DNA of 64,000 nucleotides from an uncultured Roseivirgaceae bacterium (GTDB lineage Bacteria; Bacteroidota; Bacteroidia; Cytophagales; Cyclobacteriaceae): NCBI GenBank assembly GCA_964393115.1, contig CAYMST010000001.1, positions 213 to 64,212 of the forward strand, read 5' to 3'. Shown piece by piece: positions 49,469 to 59,900 of this stretch (position 1 is its first letter; each line of letters starts with the position of its first letter). The notes under the pieces were generated by a model. It saw only the letters and a program-made list of their open reading frames with translations, ran no database searches and was not told where the DNA came from. The position numbers and the translations under genes were made by a program.

Positions 49469-49681
49469 ATGAGTTTGCTTGCCTCCATGTTCTTACAGAA
49501 CATAACTTCTAAAAATACAGTTGACTCTTCAACATATTTTATCTTCATTTTAGCCACTAATTTTACGACATGCATGATTGCAGCTTTAGGAGTAATTGAC
49601 ATTAGTATTCACTTTGAATATTTCATAAATATGAACTATGAGCCGAAAAAAAGAAGTATTTATCAGCTACAGCAGAAGTGA
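49469..49681 (+). CDS. Hydrophobic mini-ORF (70 aa) between the TM gene and the TIR gene; coding status uncertain
   Basis: It starts 4 nt after the upstream stop and overlaps the TIR ORF by 44 nt. It has one hydrophobic stretch (YFIFILATNFTTCMIAALGVI). Its frame is +1 away from the TIR frame across an A7 tract. Confidence 0.3.
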   Translation: MSLLASMFLQNITSKNTVDSSTYFIFILATNFTTCMIAALGVIDISIHFEYFINMNYEPKKRSIYQLQQK

Positions 49682-50408
49682 TACTCACTGGCTAGAACAA
49701 TTAAAACCGCACCTCAAGCAACTTACCTTGCAACATAACTTTCATTTTTGGGTAGATACGGAAACCAAACCTGGAGAGGAATGGAAGAAGGAAATAGACG
49801 GATATATTGCGAATTGTGAAGTTGCTCTGCTTTTGGTAAGCACTCAATTCCTCGCTTCTGATTTCATTAATAATGAAGAAATCCCACGAATACTATTGCT
49901 GGCAAAAAGACGTGGCGTTAAAATATTTGTTCTAGTATTAGATTTTTGTGTTTTCGACTCCGAGTCGCCGTTATATAAGTATCAATGCCTCAATGACCCT
50001 GAAAAACCACTTGAAGATCTAGATGAGATATCTGTAAAAAAGATATTCGTACAGACCGCGAAGGAGATACGGACTGTATTAATGGAAAATAGAGAAGATA
50101 AGTTAGCCGAGTTCGGTGGCTTGCCAATGGATGACTATCTACTTCTATCTGTAGTGTTAGCTGCTTTGGTAGAAAGCAAAGATGAGCAACTGTCAATAGC
50201 CGACCTTATGGAATTGGTAACGCTAGAGCGTGGTACTGTTATAAAGCTATTATTTCTTCTGGAAGAGAAGGGATTCGTCAGCAAAGAACGAGCCATGGAA
50301 GAGCGAAAAAAAAGACTCACCACAATGTGGCGAGTCTCGGATATGGGCTTTAATTTCTATCAAAAGTTTAAATCATCTTTGAACGCAGTTCTTGACCGCA
50401 CCAAGTAA
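49638..50408 (+). CDS. TIR-domain protein with C-terminal winged-helix (MarR/ArsR-like) domain
   Basis: N-terminus: KEVFISYSRSDTHWLEQLKPHL...CEVALLLVSTQFLASDFINNEEIP...GVKIFVLVLD (bacterial TIR_2 pattern). C-terminus: LSIADLMELVTLERGTVIKLLFLLEEKGFVSKE (wHTH-like). Confidence 0.8.
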   Translation: MSRKKEVFISYSRSDTHWLEQLKPHLKQLTLQHNFHFWVDTETKPGEEWKKEIDGYIANCEVALLLVSTQFLASDFINNEEIPRILLLAKRRGVKIFVLVLDFCVFDSESPLYKYQCLNDPEKPLEDLDEISVKKIFVQTAKEIRTVLMENREDKLAEFGGLPMDDYLLLSVVLAALVESKDEQLSIADLMELVTLERGTVIKLLFLLEEKGFVSKERAMEERKKRLTTMWRVSDMGFNFYQKFKSSLNAVLDRTK

Positions 50409-50872
50409 AATGGGGAGGGTTACTCCCGTATTTCGTCAGGGAGCAGACGTACCCGGAATCCTCATTTCGGTGCGTAAGAACCTCGTCAATCCATACCAAT
50501 ATCCCATTGGTATTGAACCAAACTTTAGACTTTCCGCCTCACCAGCAGATAAAACACTTCCACCACTATCATCTTCTTCTACAGAATCGTATTGGTGTAA
50601 ACTGCCATTACCGGTAATTCCGAATGGTATCCGGTCCGAAGACCTATTCCAAAAAACGAAATTTGACATTCTACTAAAATTTAAAATGTAACAATAATTA
50701 ACTCTAAGTCATGGGAGAACACAAGTCCCCCTAAATACATCAAATTATTCATTAAAAAAGAAATAACATTATCTTTTGAATACGTAACGAGTAGACGATA
50801 AAAGTGTTGTATCAAAGTTTCTTTGAGAAGGAAAGAAAGGCGGTCGATGAGAGACTCAGAAGGTTATAACAC

Positions 50873-50904
50873 AAAAAAGGCTGCCCGATGTTATCGGAGC
50901 AGCC
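50873..50904 (-). terminator. Rho-independent terminator of the giant gene
   Basis: On the minus strand, GGCTGC-T-CCGAT / ATCGG-GCAGCC forms a stem with one bulged base (A50898 on the plus strand, T on the minus strand) and a 3-nt loop. It is followed by TTTTTT (plus-strand AAAAAA at 50873-50878), starting 27 nt past the stop. Confidence 0.65.
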
Positions 50905-50930
50905 TCTCAGTTCAAAAAAATATAGATTAG

Positions 50931-53900
50931 TTATTTCAATATAAGCCTTATATTCTTTCTCAAGTTGCCAGCACTAATGCGGACGGTATAGGTACCTGAT
51001 GCTAGTTCATTTCCGAAGCTTAATGATTCATTCATTTCCCCTTGCGCATCCGAGATATGGGTACTAGATAGTACCATTCTACCAAATAGATCAAATACTT
51101 CTACGTTTACGCGCTCAGCGGCATCCAGATTTATTCCTCTTAAGCTTAGTGTTCGCTCCGTAGAAGGGTTCGGGTAAATACTAAATTCCGAATCCGACCC
51201 ATTATCTTTTCTCATACGAATCATGATGATATCGGAATACTCAAATTTCCCGTCAAAATCTACTTGCTTCAAGCGGTAATAATTGGCACCGATCAACGGA
51301 TTTCTGTGCTCAAAAGAATAATCTGTTTCGAACGAAGTTGTTCCTTGGCCTGTCACAGTACCTATTCGCTCAAAATCCACACCATTTACCGAATAATGTA
51401 CCTCGAAATAGTCGTTGTCAAGCTCACTGGCCGTTGTCCAGTCCAGCATCACATTATTGCCGTCAGCATACCCTGTGAAGCTACTCAACTCTACAGGGAG
51501 CCCTCCATCACTTGAGCCATGGGCAGCAGGGGAGAATGATGTCCATGGAGTAGAGGAAGTAACCGAACCTGCCGTTTGATTTCCGGTGTAGCTTCCGTTT
51601 CCTTCATCCTGCCAGGTTCCTCCAGTGTAGTGCGCTACACTCATCACAGCAGGATTTGGAGCAAAACTAGTCGCATCCCAGAATAAGGTTACATAAGGGT
51701 GACCTCCATGACCATTGACATTGGATAGATCCCAGTACTCAATAGCACTTACGTGTGTCATCCCTCCACCTTTTGGCTGACCTCTATTTGGGTGTGGCGT
51801 ATGGAAGAATTCAGAGCTATATTCATCAGTATTTGAAGGGCTACCTTGAATATTGGATATACCTAATCTAGCGATTCTGGCACCATCTCCTATTGGGAAT
51901 ATAAAATCATCATCTCCAATCTTATGCACAGGACCGACTACATAACTGTTTCCGTCAACATCCGTCCCCGGGAACGTCATAGGTGACGTTTCCTCTGCTC
52001 CGTCAAATGATACAGTAGCACCGTCATTGAATGTAAGTGGATTAGAAGAGGAAGCTCTCACAAGCCCAACCAGGAAATTAACATTGTTGTTAATATTAAT
52101 GTCGGTCCCCAGTTGAATATCGCTATTACCAGCGGCAGTATTACTGATGACCAAATTATCTAAAGAAAACTCAGAGACGTTTCCTGTGATGACCTGTATG
52201 GCGGTTCCATTGAAAACCACTGTACTAGTACCACCAGAAACATCAATCGTACCATCCACATCAAAGTTATTTCCACTAAACTCAAGGTGTTTATCACCCA
52301 ATGCGAACGTTACACCGGCCCCTATAGATAAGTCACCTTGCACGCCCAAAGAATCCAATAGTGTTTTGGTTCCGGTACCGGACAGCGTTACGTTATTTAA
52401 CGTAATATTGGTGTTCTCTGAAGCACTACCAATGTTTTGGCTAGCTCCATTGAACGTAACAGTCGATAAATTATCAATAAATGAACCGTTCGTGTCATCT
52501 ACGACCAAGTCTCCACCCACAGTTGTGGTATGAGATGGGTTAAGCACCTCATAGACTCCATCTAAGATAGTAAAGTCATTTTCTACTACCAATGCCGAAG
52601 AACTGGTGAATCGTACACCAGCACCTGTTCCGGCACCATCTATGATCAGGTTATAGAAGTTACCACCGCCTGATATGGTCACGTTCGCATCAGACGAAAG
52701 TGTTGTAGTTGACGTTCCCGGGTCAAATGTTCCATTGTTTGTCCAGCTATTTCCAACGGATACCGTACCACCACTTATGATAATAATGGTCCCATCATTA
52801 GTAAGCTCATCCACTACCGTAAGCGTCTCATCATCATAGATGGTCAATACTCCTCCAGATAGTATGGTTAAACTGGCCGTATTACCACTACCTGTAGAAC
52901 TATTGATTACCGGCATTGGATTAGGACTTACATTAGGAATTCGTACTGTATTGACACTAGAAGGAATTCCATTATCCCAGTTTGCTGCATTATTCCATAA
53001 GCTGTCTGAAGCACCGGTCCACACCGTTAACGGATTCGTATAGGTCCATCTTATCTCTCCTGTTGAAGCACTGCCATCATCTAACTCTAAAGCCTCACCT
53101 GATGCGGCCCCTTGAGCATCTAAGAAAATGAGGTTATTCCCAGCTCCTTCATTTCTTCTAACACTATTAGTAGGACCGGAGTTGAACGTGAGATTAGTTG
53201 CAGTAATATCAGAAGCAAAGGCGTTACTAGATCTTAGGTAGTAAGAAGCACCGCTTCCCTGGTCAAATATTCCGTTATCCAAGCCTTCAAGTACAGATCC
53301 AGCTTGTAACCATAAACCTTCATTGTCGATGAATTCAACTTTGAAGTGGTTAGCCAGGAACCTTCCTCCTGATTTAACCGTGAAATCGTACCTTCCAGTA
53401 ACATTCGTTAACAAAGCAGTATTCGCTTGATCAGCGCCGGTTAATCTGAAATCACCACCACCCTCGACGCTAAAGTCAACATCGTCATCAAGCGAAACGG
53501 TCTCGTTTGCCCCAACCCATAGGGTATCGTAAATCCGAACGGCATCTTGAGTACCATCGTCATTACCTATGGTCAAGTTGTAACCATTTAAGTCTAACTC
53601 ACCTTTGATAAGGCTGAAGTCATGAGAGATCACCAAGTTGTTTCCTAAATCATACTCTACATCATTTCCTAATGCCTGACCAATGACTAGGTTATAGAGC
53701 GATGACGACCCAGGGTCAAACGAAATTGGAGTTGTAGTTGATGATGGGATAAGACTAATGGTTTGGGTTTTCGCATTCAGCGTTCCAGCGTTCGTAAATG
53801 TACCTCCGAGCGTCATATCATATGAGGATAAATCCAGTGTTCCACTATCGATAGAAAAACTATTGGTAACCGAAAGGTCACTAGCTAACGATACTGTTCC

Positions 53901-56900
53901 GGCTACGTCAATTATCAAATCATAGAAGCTACTGATATTATCCAAGTTTTCAATACCATCTGTAGAGTTAAGTACAACTCTACTCGTAGCAGGTGTAAAG
54001 AAGGCACTAGACAATACAATCCATCCTCCACCTACTTCAATATCATCTTCCGTACCTTGACAAATCAAACTTGCACTCGCTTCGAAGTTAAAATCACCAT
54101 CAATTCGAAGATCTACCGTATCCTGATCGGCAGAGTTTATTTTAAGTACCGAATTCACCTGTAATGTTACATTCTTAGCAAATGCTGTATCCGCATCACT
54201 ATCTATCACGGGCTCATTTAAGGTTTGTGGAATAATCACATCCTGAGTGATTAATGGAACGGTGTTTGAGTCCCAGTTACCCCCAGTAAACCAGTCACTG
54301 CTAACAGTACCTGTCCAGGTTACAGTAGGCGGTGCTAACCACTCTATGAGGTCATTTGGATCTTCCTCATCATTTGGTCCTGCGAACCCTCCGGAGTAGT
54401 TGAATACCTGAATATTACCAGTTGTTGCACTTATTTTATTGATATTAGTTGCACCACCACCTGGATTATCATCGAAGATGATGTTTTCAATTCTATCGCC
54501 ATCGGTAAGATTTTGAGTATTTTCTATCCTTAGATATTTACCTCCAAAAGCTCCATTCTGGAAAATCCCATCACTGAAGTTATTGGTGGTACTGATTAAC
54601 GTATTCGAGTTAATGAACAACCCATCTTCATTGAGGTACTCTATCACATAGTATCGAGCACCTATTCTACCCTCGTTACCAGGAGTACCGGCTACAGAAA
54701 ACAGATATTGAGTAGTACCCGTGGAGGTTACTGTGGCCACTTCAGTAGGAGTTCCAACTATATTAATGGCTCCTCCCGCTTGTACCGAAAGTGAAACTTG
54801 ATTCCCAAGCCTTAAAGTCCCTCCAGGTTTTGCTGTAGTACTGACATTCAGAGTACCCGAAACACTTACGACATCTTGATAATCCCCTACAGACAAGGTT
54901 TGTCCGTTCAGATCTAAGGTACCACTGGTTACAGTAAAGTTTCCTGTGAGGGTCAAATCCCCCACCAGCTCGTACGTTCTACCAGGTGCGTTAATTTCTA
55001 TTGATCCCGCTATTGATGTCCCATTACCACTGATAGTAGGAGTACCTGAACTTGCGTTCAACATGTAAGTTCCATTACCTGAAGCTGCAAAAGCTCCTGT
55101 ACCCGATGCATTCATATTACCTGCCACGTAACCATCATGACCATTGATATCAAAAGTACCGTTGAAAACATTCAAGTCACCACCAATGGTTACATTTGAA
55201 ACTCCTACTTCAACAATACCTGATGGTTTGTTTACCACTACATCGTGGAATTCCTGAGTACCTGTTTCTCCTGGATACAACAATTGCTGTCCGTCTCCAT
55301 CAAAAGTGACAGTTCCGCTTCGAGCAATAAATTGACCATCATCATTTCCCCAATTGGTAATCCAGTTTCCTGCCAAATTGATGGAATAGTTACCTGTAGA
55401 GGCATCTAATGTACTTCCTCTTACCTGTAGGTAACCATTAATTTCAATGTTACCACCCAGCGTTTTAGTATTGTCATAAAGTAAGATAAGGTTACCATAA
55501 CCGACTCCTCCTCTAATGGTCTGGTCGATTGTACCATAGTACAAAGACAGACTTGTTGGGTCAAGATCATAAGTCGCAAAACCCGATGGGAAGTTGTTGC
55601 TACCATTGATATATATGGCTTCACCAGCACCCAACGTAAAAGTTCCTGTTCCCGAAGTATTGTCAATGGTATACGTCTGTGTAACGATTTGATTTATGGA
55701 ATTGGTAATGTTTACATCACCGGTCACATCCACATTTCCATCTTCCACTTGACCAGCGTTAATAAGCCCTAATTGAATTCGAGCCCCTCCAGTGAATACT
55801 AGGTTATGGAACTCCACTGGATTATCACCACTTGTATGCTGTCTGATATACTGAGTTCCTGAAACTCTATTAAAATCAACCGTTCCTTGACCAGTCCAAC
55901 TATTTGGATCCGCAATCCAGCTTACCCCTGACATATAGTATGTTTGACCGCTTACTCCATTAAAGGTACCGTAGATAAATACATCGCTTGCAAGGTTCAT
56001 ATCACCATTACCGGTGAAGACGACTCCAGATTCGATAATAAAATAATCGTTGATACTAATCGTACCCTGAGATGACTTGGTTCCAGAACCAGATGCGGTC
56101 AACTCATCAAACTCCATTGCCGTAATGGTCTGATTTGCTCCATTTAATATTACTTCACCGTCAACCGTTTGGTCAAACTCTCCACCAGTACCATTTATGT
56201 CTCCAGCCACATAGAAGTTATACCCACCAAGTGTAGGAATTACCTTAGCAGAATTTTCTATGGTCAAGTCTCCTTCTACCGTTAAGGTCGATGCAGAAAG
56301 ACTAAAGTCTCCAGCATTAGTAGCATTTGAGAACTTAAGATGGTGGAAATTGATGGTACCAGGATTGATCGTTACGTTCGATCCAGCATTGGCGTCAAAC
56401 GTTACAGTTCCATCTCCGTTATCAAATATCGCTCGTGTACTCGTCGTCCATGATCCTTCTACAAGCAGATTCGCTGTGGAGTCCATGATTAATGCTCCAC
56501 CACTACCGTCTCCTAGTGTCACATCACCGTCTATATCTAACACTGCACTATCCAAGAGTTTTATAATTCCATCCTCAATAATAAGTGCACTTATATTTAC
56601 CGTACTATCTGTAATAGTTGGGTTAAAAGGACTTCCTAGAGCGATAACGGCTTCCACATCATTTGAGGCAATTGAAGGCACACCATTGTCCCAGTTAGAG
56701 GCTGTATACCAATCGGTACTTGTTCCTCCCGTCCAGCGTGTGTCTGTTGGCTCTTCCCAACGTAACTGACCGTTATACGCCGCTGGTGTTGTAGCATCTC
56801 CGTCATCTTCGTATAGTCCTCCATTTCTTCCTAATGGCCCAGAAGTACCTCTAAACACTGTGGAGTCATTACCGCCAGCATTAGATCTGGTTACGTTATA

Positions 56901-59900
56901 ATGCGAACCTACTGTTGGCGTTCCTCCAAAGCCGAAAACAACATTGCTAATGGTAACTGTATCATCCATCTCTAAGGTCAAGTATCTATTACCAGATACT
57001 GGGTTATCATCACCTCCTGTACCGTTACCAGCATCTGTAGCCAGTTGTGAAAAGGCTCCATTGCTAAAGTTATTTCCTAAGTTATCAGGGTCTAGGATGG
57101 CACCATCCTCTACTTCGAGACCTTCATCTGTTAGATATTGAATGTTGTAGTATTGGGCTTCAATTTCACCACCTGACTCAATATTGATATCTATTCTTTC
57201 ACCTCCATCGTATCTGGCTACGGAAGCGACATTCGTCACATCGCCTACAATTCTTAGTCTTCCTCCGCTTTGTACATCTAAGTTTCCACCTATCTCCGTG
57301 TCGGCGTCGTCTCCTCCGTCATCCGCACAACTGAATTGAAGAATGGCACCTGCATCTACTTCCAACACTCCGCCATTTCCAATAATATTCAGTTCCGCGT
57401 CTGGATCATTGGCATCATTATTTCCCAGTGTCAATGTGTTACCGTTAAGGTCTAATGTAGCGCTAGACAGGGATAATGCATTTCCTGAAGTATTCCCCAA
57501 AATCCACATGTCATCGGTCATCGTATATCTTCTACTACTATCACCTTGGAATATTACTTGAGAAAATAGTTCATTATTCGTTGTTATGGTTTCAGAAGTA
57601 GTATCAACTGAATTGAATATCACCGTGCCATCTCTTTGGACGAAATCACCACCACAAATCCAACTACCATTTACAGTCATTTGATAATCACTTCCATTAA
57701 TGACGTCAATATTAGTTGCAGCTGCTATTGTAACGTCATTGACCAAAATATTACCTGATAGCTGCTTAGTTCCTGACGTAGCTGTGGTTATGTTCGGCAC
57801 ACCAGTGATATTGGCATTTGCCGAGTCCAGTATTGGTAATACCTGAGTACCCGCTCTATCGAATGTTAGTGTGGCGTTATTTCCTCCGCTACCTAGGATC
57901 CATGATCCAGCAGGGTCTATGGTAAACGTGTTACTTGCTATGGTATGTGTGAGACTACCAAAATCAATTTCAGCATCAGCAGCAATAGCAAAAGCTCCGT
58001 TTTCTATGTTAAATCCATTATTCTCTACCGTTACGGTAGTTCCAGTAGAGTTATTTACACTTAGGTAACCAATTGAGTTTGTACCTGGATCAATGGTCGC
58101 GTTTCCACCTGTAAATGAGAATGGATACGTGGTAGATGGCGCGTTGATAGTCCCATTATTTTGAAATACCTCTCCTGAGAAATTGACACCTCTATAGTTA
58201 AATAGAACCGTGACACCAGAAGCAATCGTTATCGAGTCATTGATATTAATGGTTTCATCTCCGTTGTTAGGGTATATCGTTTTCGTACCTCCTCCAGAGA
58301 ATGTTACCTTTTCAAGGTCAAAATCGAATCCTGAACCATCATTATCTATGATAAACTGGTCACCACTACCGGAAAATGTTACTCTTGTACCCGCAGTCGG
58401 GATGTAATCTCTGAGGTCAATATATGCTCCATTTAGCGTCAAATTATTTCCACCATCTTGCAGAGTAGGGTTATTGTTCATAACCAGGTTACCATGGGCA
58501 GTAAGGTCACCGTCCATAGTTAATGTACCCGTGTTATACATATAGATTAAACCGTATTCTAAATTACCAGAGTTCGTGAATATAGTTTGATCTCCGGATG
58601 CCCTAAACTCAACCTGACTGGTTGGGTCCATTTCATAATGTGCAAAACCGGTAGGAAAGCCAGTGCCCACTACTCTAACATCTAGCTGTGCGTTAGATTC
58701 AAAAGTCAAGGTGTCATCACCATCGCTAGTAATGGTATAAAGTGATTGATACATTCTCACTCCGTCACCCACAGTGAGATTTCCTTCCATAACCACATTA
58801 GAGTTGAACTGTTTTGTACTAGATCCTTGTAAGGAAAGGCTTCCTAACCTTCTTGAGGTAGTATTAAAGTCATTGTCAACCCAGAAAAACTCTCCAGTGT
58901 GTACGATCCCCCCACCGTTCCAGGCCATGGAGTCCGTATTATCCAAATTAAAGGCATCGGCTAATGTAATTGTATGACCGTTTACGTTAAAGGTTACATT
59001 ACCATAGTGCACTAAGACATCATCGTTGACCGTAATATCACCTTGTAGCGTTGCTTCAGTATCGGTATTATTCAATGCTCTCAGGTATAAATCATTATAA
59101 GTAATGTTTCCTTGTACTGACATCGCACCGTCCTGAAGGTACTCTACGATTCCACCCGTTAAGCTATACTCACCAGCAGTTGGGAAATTACTATCCCATA
59201 TTCGTAAAGTTCCTCCGGTCTGAGAAAGTGTTCCGGTAATATTGACGGTGACACCGCCTGTGAAAATATCAACAAAAGCATTTTCTGAGATGACAGAGAA
59301 GTTACCGTTCACCGTAGTACTTCTTTGAATTCGCTTAGTAGCAGAATTTTGGAAAATAATATTATTAAATGTTAAGTCGTGGTTATTATCCGACTCAATA
59401 AGTTGTGTGGATGTTCCATTGAAAATGACAGTACCAGTACCCGGCACAAATGCATCCGTTTGGTCCAAGTCCCAATGCCTTCCTACAAATATGGTCCGGT
59501 CGTTACCAGACACATTCCCCGTACCACTTACAAAAGTTACATCTGCGGCCATCGCTATATTACCATCGATACTCTTGGTTGCCGCGCCTTCGAAATATGC
59601 ACTATATAAGGTACCTCCGGAGATACTCTGCGAACCAGACGTTCCGTTAAATCGAACTAATGATTGACCTGGTTCAAATATTCCGCCTTCTACTAACCAG
59701 TCTTTATTGATAAAAAAGTTAAATCCACTAGACGCGTCACAAGTTCCACCTCTTAACTCAAAGGCGTTGGAAACTGTAACCACAGAACCTAGGGTATAGG
59801 TAACGCTATCTCCCCCTGCTACGGTAAGGTTATAAAAAGGATCTCCGTTGCCATTAGTCGTAATAGAGTGGATACCATCAGTACCATTGAAAACAACTGT

